A DNA stretch of 64,000 nt. Origin: a bacterium (GTDB taxonomy: Bacteria > Margulisbacteria > Marinamargulisbacteria > SXXA01). Location of the stretch: NCBI GenBank assembly GCA_947465765.1, contig CANIAP010000001.1, positions 9,349 through 73,348 of the forward strand. The letters are read 5' to 3'. Positions 1 through 8,487 of the stretch are shown here, in pieces. Each line of letters starts with the position of its first letter. Position 1 is the first letter of the stretch. Position numbers and translations under genes: made by a program. Under the pieces are notes generated by a model. It had not been told where the DNA came from, ran no database searches, and worked only from the letters and a program-made list of their open reading frames with translations.

Positions 1-289
1 ATTTGCGATTGTTCGTCGATTACGGAAAGGACAGCCGATTTTTAGTCCAGATAAAGAACATTTTCATCATCAGTTATTAGCAGCAGGATTAAGCCCCAAG
101 CAAGCGGTGATACTGATTTATACCGCGACTTTTTTGTTGGGACTGATTGCGATTGGGCTCGGATTTTTTGAGGGGATCGCGGCCATTGTATTTTTAATGG
201 TCACCGCCGTCGTTATGATTGGCACGGTCCGCTATTTTCGATGTCGGGCCAATCGCATCCGCCCATTGGTAGATTTAATTTCGGAGTAG
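1..289 (+). CDS. 3' fragment of a WecA/MraY-family (GT4) polyprenyl-phosphate sugar-1-phosphate transferase; the gene continues upstream of the window
   Basis: Frame 2 is open from nt 2 to the stop at 287-289. The tail ...SPDKEHFHHQLLAAGLSPKQAVILIYTATFLLG... matches the conserved C-terminal D-x-x-H-[IF]-HH-R-L-L-x-x-G-x-S motif plus the last TM helix of the WecA/WbpL family. The 107..289 ORF in the supplied track is just the in-frame Met. Confidence 0.45.
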   Translation, partial: FAIVRRLRKGQPIFSPDKEHFHHQLLAAGLSPKQAVILIYTATFLLGLIAIGLGFFEGIAAIVFLMVTAVVMIGTVRYFRCRANRIRPLVDLISE

Positions 290-307
290 GGTACATTTGG
301 GGGACAT

Positions 308-2401
308 TTATACCGATCGTGCGGCAATAAACGTAATATCGTCGTGGAACGTATTATTAGTATACTGTTTTAACTGAGTGATTAATGCATCACTAAATTC
401 AGTAAGAGGTTGGGTTCTGTGAGAGATCAAACAGTCGGCCAGGCCCGCTTCACCAAATGTCCCATTGGAATATTTGCCATTTTTAGCCGCTTCAGTGATT
501 CCGTCGGTACCGATAAAGAGGATGTCTCCAGGGGCCAGAGATAAGGTTCCTTCTCCAAATTCGGCCAGGGACATCTCTTCGATCATTCCAATTCCAAACG
601 GAAATTGATCAATTTCGACCATTTCTACATTGGGCTGGTCATGCCTCAAAATCATGAGCGATTCGTGCGACCCGCAATAGGAAAACTGGTGTCCGTCGAC
701 GGTATATAACGCGACAATGGTCAGTGGCCGACCTTCATTCAAGCGTTGCATATTTTGGCAGAGGATCCGGTTGGCGTTGTATAACAATTCGGATGGTGTT
801 GATGCCGAGTTGCTCTTTACCAGAGTCGTAATAATGCTCTGAACCATAAACATGACCATAGCGGATCCCACCCCATGGCCAGTGACATCTCCGAGTAGTA
901 TCCAGGTCCCGGTTGGAGTATGGATAATATCGTAGTAATCGCCGCCCATTTCCGTGGCGGGAACCATGAGGCAGGCGAGCTCTAAATTGGGGATACTGGG
1001 GTTGCGGGGGAGTACTTCCGATTGAATGCGTTGGGCGATATTGATCTCCGCTTCGAACCGAGTTTTGCGGAGCCGATTGAGTACGATGCCGATTTGAGTT
1101 CCGAGTAAGGGGAGCAGGCTTTTGTCGTCCGGAGTGAACCGGTTGTGTACCATTTTTTCTCCAAGTAGCAAAATGGCCATCAATTGATCGTTATGCATGC
1201 AGGGGACTACTGCCGCGCACCCAATCGTTTCGAGTATTTTTGTAATTTCAGGTGAATGGGAGGCATAAATGATTTCCGATTTAGCCCCAATGATTTGGAT
1301 CAGTGCATCGGTTTCTGTGAGCCTAATGTCGGAGTGTGTATCCGCCGGAATATAGGGGCCACTGAGTTCTTTTTTTTCGTCAAACCCTTCGGGAATCAAG
1401 AAGGATGACCATCGGATTTCTATGTCTTGAGTCAGATGAATTTCCAGCGCGGTGACGACCTCGGAGATACTGGCGCATCTTGAAAATCGGTTCGTAAATT
1501 TAGTGAGAACCTCGCGATAGTCATAGGTGCCTTTAAGGAATTTTTTTTTGGCTTCGGTTTGTATCCAGAGTCTGATTTTCGGCAACAGCCAAGCGCTTAA
1601 AATTAAATAGCCCAGAGTGGGTGCGATTACCCGTGATGGAAAATCGGTTCCTGTTGCGAATGAATCCATTGCAATAAATAGTAGATACCCGCCTGAAATT
1701 GCGGCCGTACCGATAACCCACGCAACATTTCTGGTTATTATTAAAGATATATCTAATAGATTTAGTTTTGTAATTGCGACAGCGACTAATACTGCGTAGA
1801 TTCCGACTAGTATGTTTCCGGCGGGCGGAATTGGAATGTCCAGCCAGAGAAAATAGTTTGTGGAACCCCCAGTAAATGCAATTAATGTGGTAACAAACAT
1901 AAATAAGTACCGATTGCTTTTGGTCGCCCGATATTTTTTGTATAAGAGGTAATATCCAAGTAGAACATTAATAAAAAAATATAATAAAAAAAGGGGAAAC
2001 AGTTTGCCTGCGTTTGGCCAATATGGAAAATCCAGTTTTACGCTCACAGAATGGATCATCCATCGTGTAAACATGAGTGGGATAAAAATGAGAACGCAGA
2101 ATGTGTTGATCCGTTTGATCCATTTAAACTGGCTTGCGTCGGCATCGACTATTTCCGCTACCGATAAAAAATAAAATCGAGGAATTAACGTTGCCCCAAC
2201 CATCAAGAGCTCAATTAACCAAATTGCACTTTCACGTGACCCGGCGTACTGCCATCCGACGTAAAAACAACTCCAAAGCGCAATTGCTAAATTGTAGTAC
2301 GAAAATTGCCGGAATCGGGATTTTTTTGAAATGAACAAAATTCCCAACCCTAAGGAAGTGAATAGGTTGATGATTGCGGAAATGGGGTAATAACTACTCA
2401 T
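308..2401 (-). CDS. Membrane-bound PP2C-type Ser/Thr phosphatase (SpoIIE/RsbU family) with an N-terminal 7TM sensor region and a central GAF-like domain
   Basis: The N-terminal ~250 aa is hydrophobic with multiple TM segments. The C-terminal PP2C/SpoIIE signature (GGDYYDII...LLGDVTGHGVGSAMVMFMVQS...FIGTDGITEA) is present. I chose the start at the Met (ATG 2399-2401) that overlaps the stop of the upstream methyltransferase as TAATG. Confidence 0.75.
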   Translation of the reverse strand: MSSYYPISAIINLFTSLGLGILFISKKSRFRQFSYYNLAIALWSCFYVGWQYAGSRESAIWLIELLMVGATLIPRFYFLSVAEIVDADASQFKWIKRINTFCVLIFIPLMFTRWMIHSVSVKLDFPYWPNAGKLFPLFLLYFFINVLLGYYLLYKKYRATKSNRYLFMFVTTLIAFTGGSTNYFLWLDIPIPPAGNILVGIYAVLVAVAITKLNLLDISLIITRNVAWVIGTAAISGGYLLFIAMDSFATGTDFPSRVIAPTLGYLILSAWLLPKIRLWIQTEAKKKFLKGTYDYREVLTKFTNRFSRCASISEVVTALEIHLTQDIEIRWSSFLIPEGFDEKKELSGPYIPADTHSDIRLTETDALIQIIGAKSEIIYASHSPEITKILETIGCAAVVPCMHNDQLMAILLLGEKMVHNRFTPDDKSLLPLLGTQIGIVLNRLRKTRFEAEINIAQRIQSEVLPRNPSIPNLELACLMVPATEMGGDYYDIIHTPTGTWILLGDVTGHGVGSAMVMFMVQSIITTLVKSNSASTPSELLYNANRILCQNMQRLNEGRPLTIVALYTVDGHQFSYCGSHESLMILRHDQPNVEMVEIDQFPFGIGMIEEMSLAEFGEGTLSLAPGDILFIGTDGITEAAKNGKYSNGTFGEAGLADCLISHRTQPLTEFSDALITQLKQYTNNTFHDDITFIAARSV

Positions 2402-3615
2402 TAAGTGTTGTTTTTTGTGACCTCCAAATACCAAATGCATTCATTACAGCCTCGGTATAGTCGGATTTCACCGACCTGATTTTCAGGAAGTAATTTACAA
2501 AGGGAATACATGTCGGGGCTGTCTCTTACGATTAATTCCCAGTCCATGACGGTTTCCATATATCCGATATCAGGGTTACGAGAAGTAAAGTTGGTGACGA
2601 GTAATTTGCCGCCATGATTGAGACGGCTAAACATCAATTGGAGGGTTGTTTGCGCAAGATTTTCTGACAGGTAGTCAAATAATCCAAGCGCGTAAAAGAA
2701 ATCAGCGTTGGCGGTTTCTGCGTAATGTTTCCCCTTGAGTAAAGCGGCGACATTGCTATTAATACAAGTAACGTTTAGCTCGGGGTAATTAATTTGAAGA
2801 AAATTTAAACTTAATGGATCTTGGTCAATCGCAATGATGCGGGCAGTTTGGTTTGCCGTAAACTTTGTAATATGTTGGATTTCTCTCAGGTGGCCACAGG
2901 CGAGGGCTACAATTTTGGCCTCTGGTTTTTGGGCTATAATCTCGGAAATTTTTGTAGCTGCAAGTCGCAACCGTTCTCTGACAGCGACAGCTGAGGGCCG
3001 TGAGGTAATTATGTCTAACACAGTTCGCTGCATTCTTGTGAATGAGCCGTAGTTTTCGTTTAGCCGATATAAGAAATCGATAAGCTCTGCGTCCCCAGGA
3101 TAGCCTCTCGGTTTTGAAAAGCTATGTAGTGTACAGGGATCTTCATGAAGAATACGACAAATCGGGTGCTGTAAAATGAGTCCTTTGATGGTGTTTTTCC
3201 AGACTTCTTTTGGAAATTGTCGCCGGGCGTCGTCTAATGTTCCGAATACCTCTGAGATGTTTTCTGTAGATATCGAAGACGCTTTGGAGCTGAACCTATT
3301 CTGTAGCGTATTCAGTGCCGTTATGAACCTGTCCAAATCGGGTTCGTCTGGTATAAATCGATCGGTACCCTCAATTAAAATATCGGCGATAGTGGATAGG
3401 GGTTCAATCCGGGATACGGAGGTTACCGTTTGAACCACTAACGATTCTCTCATGTTTTGAAGCTTGGAAAATTTTAAAAACGGATCTGTTTTGGGTTCGT
3501 TTGTTTTCAGAGCAGGTAACGAAATCCCTTGATTTATCAATGAATTTCTGGGCTCGACGGCACGTTCAACAAGTACGGGAGCCTTTTTTACAAGGCGAAC
3601 GTCAACTTTAGGCAT
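2401..3615 (-). CDS. Putative class I SAM-dependent methyltransferase
   Basis: 404 aa. The central stretch KIVALACGHLREI resembles a Rossmann motif I, with acidic motif II/III candidates downstream. It is translationally coupled to the PP2C gene. Only a weak family-level call. Confidence 0.35.
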   Translation of the reverse strand: MPKVDVRLVKKAPVLVERAVEPRNSLINQGISLPALKTNEPKTDPFLKFSKLQNMRESLVVQTVTSVSRIEPLSTIADILIEGTDRFIPDEPDLDRFITALNTLQNRFSSKASSISTENISEVFGTLDDARRQFPKEVWKNTIKGLILQHPICRILHEDPCTLHSFSKPRGYPGDAELIDFLYRLNENYGSFTRMQRTVLDIITSRPSAVAVRERLRLAATKISEIIAQKPEAKIVALACGHLREIQHITKFTANQTARIIAIDQDPLSLNFLQINYPELNVTCINSNVAALLKGKHYAETANADFFYALGLFDYLSENLAQTTLQLMFSRLNHGGKLLVTNFTSRNPDIGYMETVMDWELIVRDSPDMYSLCKLLPENQVGEIRLYRGCNECIWYLEVTKNNT

Positions 3616-3695
3616 GCGACACCATCCTTTGAGTATTCGGGTTGGTTAAGGGGGTTTAGTGATTATAGCGAGCTCGACGCCGAAAGGAAATCTCC

Positions 3696-4778
3696 CTACT
3701 TCACCATCCGCCGAGCCTGAGACGCCAATCGCTGATTAATGATCGGAACGCAGTAGGGATTTTTGACCAAGGCGGTCGCCATTCCCACTATCGTTGCGCC
3801 ATGATCCATAATCGCTTCCACCTGGCTGGCGGTTGAAATTCCACCCGTCGCGATCAGTGGAACCCCACTATTCGATAGTAACTTAACCATTTCAAGCGTC
3901 CGTGGAAACAATCCGGTCCCACTATATCCACCGCCGCCTATTGATATCGCATTTGTGGCCAGTCCCACTTGTTCGCAAGTGCGGTATCTCGTATTTCCTA
4001 CGTTGATAAACGTGCGGTCGTGGGATCGGATTAGCTCTGCAAATAATAGAAGTTGGGCGTTGTCCTGATCTGGAGATAGTTTTACCCCGACCACAGCATG
4101 GGTTTCTGCCCGAATTGTTTTAAGTAAACCGTCTAATAGTTGCGGATTTTTCAGCATATCTTGGCCTTCATGGGTGTTGGGGCAAGAGATATTGATTTCG
4201 TAATAATGAGGAGTCTCCCGGGCGTTGAAAAAATCTCGGAAACTTCTAAATGTATCGATATACTCTTCGACCGAATTGCCGCCTAAACTAATTCCTGTAG
4301 GGCGTCTGAACTTGAGTACGGACGATTTGGGGAGTTGCGCAATTATTTTTTCTGCGCCTTTTCCGGGGAGCCCCATGGCGTTTAAAAGGCCCTCCATTCC
4401 CGGTAATGTGACTTCTTGGAGTCGCGGTCGAGGGTTTCCTTCGCGTTCGTAAGGCATTAACGTTTTGAGGGTGCATCCGCCCATTCCGAAGTTCATCCAA
4501 AAGGACAATATATGAAGATCATCTTTAAAAGCGGCGATCGTTAAGGGTGACGGGAAATAAAGGTCATGAAGCTGAACGCCAATGCTTTCAGGAACTCGGA
4601 ATGAAAAAAGAATCGGGGACAAGAATAGCTGCACCGACTTGATGAGCCGATCGCCCTTTTCGACCACTTCTTCTAAGTCGATAGGGTTCCGATGTCGGGC
4701 CTGATTTTTATATGTTCGTTGAATTATCCAATTGCGAAAGGTCGTGTATCCAACGGAACAGAGCTGTGCGCGAAACAT
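3696..4778 (-). CDS. pyrD: Dihydroorotate dehydrogenase, class 2 (quinone-dependent)
   Basis: N-terminal membrane-association region, then GMGGCTLKTLMPYEREGNPRPRLQEV...NAMGLPGKGAEKI and NISCPNTHEG (compare NISSPNTPGLR), and the FMN-binding C-terminus GVPLIATGGISTASQVEAIMDHGATIVGMATAL. Confidence 0.75.
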   Translation of the reverse strand: MFRAQLCSVGYTTFRNWIIQRTYKNQARHRNPIDLEEVVEKGDRLIKSVQLFLSPILFSFRVPESIGVQLHDLYFPSPLTIAAFKDDLHILSFWMNFGMGGCTLKTLMPYEREGNPRPRLQEVTLPGMEGLLNAMGLPGKGAEKIIAQLPKSSVLKFRRPTGISLGGNSVEEYIDTFRSFRDFFNARETPHYYEINISCPNTHEGQDMLKNPQLLDGLLKTIRAETHAVVGVKLSPDQDNAQLLLFAELIRSHDRTFINVGNTRYRTCEQVGLATNAISIGGGGYSGTGLFPRTLEMVKLLSNSGVPLIATGGISTASQVEAIMDHGATIVGMATALVKNPYCVPIINQRLASQARRMVK

Positions 4779-4826
4779 AGCGGTAGCTTATCACAGAACG
4801 ACGGTGATTTGGAGTTGCGGCTTGGG

Positions 4827-5918
4827 CTATTGGCCGGACAGCCGATTTAATAAATAAATTCCAAAACCACCCACGACGATATTGGGAGTCCATGCCGCTA
4901 AAACGGGGGGTAGGGTATGTGATAAACCAAGGCCCATTCCAAAGCTTAAAAGAATGTAATACACCAAAATTACGACAATACTGATGCCTAATCCAATCGT
5001 TGACGTGCTTCGGTGTGGGCGAAGCCCCACGGATGCGCCCAAAACCGAAAAAATGAGGCAGGCAAATGGAACTGCAAATTTGAGGTGAAAGTTCATTTGG
5101 TCGATAATGGGGTCTTGACCTAATTTTTTTTGGAGTTCGATGGCCTTCTTGAGTTCTAAACTATTCATTTCTTCAATTTTTTTCTTCCGGCTACTGAGGT
5201 CGATGGGATTAAGTGCGATGTCGATGGTTTCTTCTTCAAATTGGACGACGGTTAATCTGCGGATTTCGTCTTTAGGGAAGCTGTGCATAATGCCATCTTT
5301 GAATTTCCATCCGCCATCTCGTAACCAAGTTCCCGATTGCGCACGAATAATTCGACTGAGGTGGCCACTATCAAATTCGGCAACGGTAACATTTTTCAGC
5401 GTCCCTTTATCGAGGGATTGGACATTGATAATTCGGCTGGGGACGCCGTCGGAATATTCTGTGAAGTTGATGTTTTCTTTGATCGTGGGCTGGTTCCGCT
5501 CGGAGAAACTGCGGAGAAGCATTTCTCCTGAGGCGGTGGCTCTGGGAACGATCAGTTCATTAAATGCGATAGTGACGAGGCTAATCACGAGCCCTGCGGC
5601 AAGTATGGGTATCACTAGTCGTTGGAATCCGACACCGCTCGCCCGAAAAGCTAAGAGCTCGCCGTCCGAGCTGAGTCGTCCAAAGGTTAAAATAGTGGCG
5701 AGCAACGTGGACATCGGAAAGGACAGCACTACGACATAGGGTAACTTGTAGAAAAATAATTGGATAAATTCCAGAATGGGGATCTGGTATCGAATGACAT
5801 CGCCGATCAGTGCAAAGAGTACGGTGCTTCCCGCCAAGATCGATGTGAACGCCGCAATTCCGAAAAAAAACGGGCCGATGAGTTCTTTGATCAGATAGCG
5901 GTCAACCAGCTTAATCAC
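4827..5918 (-). CDS. LptF/LptG-family LPS export permease (YjgP/YjgQ)
   Basis: N-terminus MIKLVDRYLIKELIGPFFFGIAAFTSIL is typical of LptF/G. It has 6 TM segments with a large periplasmic loop, and overlaps lptB by 4 bp. Confidence 0.8.
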   Translation of the reverse strand: MIKLVDRYLIKELIGPFFFGIAAFTSILAGSTVLFALIGDVIRYQIPILEFIQLFFYKLPYVVVLSFPMSTLLATILTFGRLSSDGELLAFRASGVGFQRLVIPILAAGLVISLVTIAFNELIVPRATASGEMLLRSFSERNQPTIKENINFTEYSDGVPSRIINVQSLDKGTLKNVTVAEFDSGHLSRIIRAQSGTWLRDGGWKFKDGIMHSFPKDEIRRLTVVQFEEETIDIALNPIDLSSRKKKIEEMNSLELKKAIELQKKLGQDPIIDQMNFHLKFAVPFACLIFSVLGASVGLRPHRSTSTIGLGISIVVILVYYILLSFGMGLGLSHTLPPVLAAWTPNIVVGGFGIYLLNRLSGQ

Positions 5919-6634
5919 AGGCTAAAATTTTCTCCAAGGTACATTTTTTTTGCCAGAGGATTATGAGCGACTTCGGCAGACGTTCCTGATAGCAGAAGTT
6001 CCCCTTGATGGATAATATACGCCCGATCCGTGATGGTCAGCGTTTCTCTCACGTTATGATCCGTAATAATGATCCCAAGGTTTTTGGCCTTTAGTTTTTG
6101 GATAATTCCTTGAATTTCATGGACTGCGATTGGATCAATCCCAGCGAAGGGTTCATCCAGAAGAATAAAGGATGGATTTGTGGCCAATGCTCTCATGATT
6201 TCAACCCGGCGTCGTTCGCCACCGGACAGCTCTATGCCTCGTGACTTTCGAATATGCTGGAGTCCCATTTCGTCGAGCAATTCATCAAGGCGGCTGGCAT
6301 ACTGAGATTTAGGGATTGTTTCCACCAATTCCCATAACATAATGATATTTTCTTCGACCGTTAATTTTTTGAAGATGGATGATTCTTGGGGAAGATACCC
6401 GAGTCCCCGTCGCGCACGCTGGTACATTGGCATTTTAGTAATGTCCTCGTCCCCTAAAAAGACCTTGCCCTGGTCAGGTTTTACGAGACCGATAATCATA
6501 TAAAATGTGGTGGTTTTTCCTGCGCCGTTGGGCCCAAGTAGACCCACAATCTCTCCCTTTTTCATTTCGATGGAGATTTGATTGACGACTTTTCGGTTAT
6601 GGTAACTTTTAACGAGGGCTTCTGTGCGAATCAT
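5915..6634 (-). CDS. lptB: LPS export ABC transporter ATP-binding protein LptB
   Basis: Walker A GPNGAGKTTTFYMI, signature LSGGERRRVEIMRAL, Walker B ILLDEPFAGIDP, and the LptB-like C-terminal tail. Confidence 0.85.
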   Translation of the reverse strand: MIRTEALVKSYHNRKVVNQISIEMKKGEIVGLLGPNGAGKTTTFYMIIGLVKPDQGKVFLGDEDITKMPMYQRARRGLGYLPQESSIFKKLTVEENIIMLWELVETIPKSQYASRLDELLDEMGLQHIRKSRGIELSGGERRRVEIMRALATNPSFILLDEPFAGIDPIAVHEIQGIIQKLKAKNLGIIITDHNVRETLTITDRAYIIHQGELLLSGTSAEVAHNPLAKKMYLGENFSL

Positions 6635-7689
6635 ATCCAGTGAAAGGAGGGGGTTTCCGGGGTTTCAAATTTCGCCATTTGAGTTCCATTGACGTATTCT
6701 TCAGACCGAATCGAATTGGATACGGACAGGGTGTCGAGGGTGTCCCTAATACGTTTTGCTGATTCGATAATTTCGCTTACGACTGGACGTTCCTCGTGGG
6801 TGACCCGTTTGGATAATGCCTGGGCACCAATCAATATTCCGGTTAGGGGGCTTCTCATCTCATGATGGAGGGTGACATAGATCTTGCTTAAAAGGGATTT
6901 TTCATTCCGTGAATCGGGCGCCTCAGCGGGGGCATTTTGGGAGGGTGACGTTAGGCCAAGGGGCTGTGGGGGTCGCGTTATAGGCTTCGTTGGCATCAGT
7001 CGTTGAATTCTAAATCGAAGTTCTGGAGCGCTTAAAGGGTGGGTTATGAAATCCGTACATTGTCGTATATAGGGTCCAATGGCGAGGGGGCTTAATCGTG
7101 AATCAACGATAGCTAATGTTTTGAGGCCCTTATTTCGTTCCAACGCGTCCATGACAGTTTCACGGTTTAGCGGGGGTAACGAGGTGTCAATAATAGCGAG
7201 ATCTGGTTTTAATTCAGAGACGATTGCGTCTAATTGCTTGTCAGTGTCTAGTAGCGTCAATGAATACCCCATTGATTCGATCATCTGTTGGATCGGTGGG
7301 GTAATGGCATTGGACGTATCGAGTATTAGTATTTTCCCGATTATGGGTTTTCGATATTTTTCAAGGCGAAATAACAACGCGGTTTCATCGAAGGGCTTGA
7401 ATAAATAGTCGACCAACGCGTCATGGGACGGGCTGAGGGCCGGAATCGGCTGGTCATGTTCCAACATAATCGTTATCGGTAGGGGGCGTGGTACGGATTG
7501 GATTTGGAGTAAAAAATCTTGGGCCAGGAGTCCGTCGATCATCACAACGTCGTAGGGCTGGGTGGTGAGATATAATAGGGCTTCTTTGATTGTCGTCGTG
7601 TCGGTGACGGTGTAGCCCGCCTGAGTGCCCGTCCATTTGACGAGGCCCCGTGCACTTTCTGATGGGTCAATAATAAGTATGGATTTCAT
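6631..7689 (-). CDS. Tandem-receiver (REC-REC) protein with a C-terminal HisKA (DHp) domain and no HATPase_c catalytic domain
   Basis: Two CheY-like modules (ILIIDPSE...VVMIDGL...LFKPF and ILILDTS...DLAIIDTSLP...), then an H-box LHHEMRSPLTGI. The protein ends about 60 aa later with no N/G1/G2 boxes. The start overlaps the lptB stop (ATGA). Confidence 0.6.
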   Translation of the reverse strand: MKSILIIDPSESARGLVKWTGTQAGYTVTDTTTIKEALLYLTTQPYDVVMIDGLLAQDFLLQIQSVPRPLPITIMLEHDQPIPALSPSHDALVDYLFKPFDETALLFRLEKYRKPIIGKILILDTSNAITPPIQQMIESMGYSLTLLDTDKQLDAIVSELKPDLAIIDTSLPPLNRETVMDALERNKGLKTLAIVDSRLSPLAIGPYIRQCTDFITHPLSAPELRFRIQRLMPTKPITRPPQPLGLTSPSQNAPAEAPDSRNEKSLLSKIYVTLHHEMRSPLTGILIGAQALSKRVTHEERPVVSEIIESAKRIRDTLDTLSVSNSIRSEEYVNGTQMAKFETPETPSFHWI

Positions 7690-7692
7690 GGG

Positions 7693-8487
7693 TTATGGGG
7701 TGGTTAGGTCAACGCGGACGATATCAATAGCGGTTCCGGTTTCACGATCAATCCTTATTTTAACGGCATTTAGCATTTTTTCAACACTTTTTGACGGGGT
7801 GAATTGACCCGGGAGTTGGGTTCTCAACTTCTTGATACTCATTTCAATTTCCATTCCTAAAATACTCCGTTTTGCGCCAGTCATCCCCAAGTCGCTGACG
7901 TAGGCCGTCGCACCTTCTAGAATAGTGGCATCCGCGGTGGCGACATGGGTGTGGGTTCCGACGACCGCGCTCACTTGTCCCGCAAAATTCCAGCCAATGG
8001 CTTGTTTCTCTGAGGTGGCTTCGGCATGAAAATCGATGATGATGACGGGCGTCTTTTTTCGGACTTCCGCGATTGTGGCTTCTAATACCTGGAATGGGCA
8101 ATCGGCGAGGCCCATGAATACGCGACCAATGGCATTAATAACCGCCACTAACGTTGGGCCGACTTGGAAGTAGATTACGCCGCGGCCGGGGTGATTTCCA
8201 GGGAAATTAATAGGACGTAGTAGTCGGGGCATGCGATCAAACTGTTCGAGAATATCGCGTTTACTATAGATGTGATTTCCAGAGGTGCAGATATCCACGC
8301 CAGCGCGCATGAGTTCATCGTAAATGGTTGGGGTGACGCCGAAGCCCCCCGCCGCATTTTCGGAGTTGGCAATGGTGAGGTCAATCGAGTGGAGGGCCTT
8401 TAAATGGGCGACATGGTCCCGGATCATATGACGTCCGGGACTTCCGACGATATCGCCGATGCATAATACGTTGAGTATTGGGCTCAT
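7693..8487 (-). CDS. ymdB: YmdB-family metallophosphoesterase (2',3'-cyclic-nucleotide 2'-phosphodiesterase-like, TIGR00282)
   Basis: N-terminus MSPILNVLCIGDIVGSPGR plus the GNHxxD/GNHE metallophosphoesterase motifs. It sits immediately downstream of rny as in Bacillus subtilis. Confidence 0.75.
   Translation of the reverse strand: MSPILNVLCIGDIVGSPGRHMIRDHVAHLKALHSIDLTIANSENAAGGFGVTPTIYDELMRAGVDICTSGNHIYSKRDILEQFDRMPRLLRPINFPGNHPGRGVIYFQVGPTLVAVINAIGRVFMGLADCPFQVLEATIAEVRKKTPVIIIDFHAEATSEKQAIGWNFAGQVSAVVGTHTHVATADATILEGATAYVSDLGMTGAKRSILGMEIEMSIKKLRTQLPGQFTPSKSVEKMLNAVKIRIDRETGTAIDIVRVDLTTP

Noticed and set aside
107-289. 60-aa small membrane protein ORF from the supplied ORF track
   Set aside because: The same frame is open back to nt 2 with no stop. 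The sequence matches the C-terminus of WecA/MraY-family transferases, so it is the 3' end of a gene that starts upstream of the window.
5140-5739. 199-aa plus-strand ORF (and many similar ones: 8478..8795, 10102..10401, 36925..37296, 48225..48755, 50786..51172, 58117..58506, and others)
   Set aside because: These lie antisense inside well-supported genes (lptF/G, rny, recA, rpn, the fliG-fusion, motB, flgG). They have low-complexity or biased composition and no motifs. I treated them as shadow ORFs.
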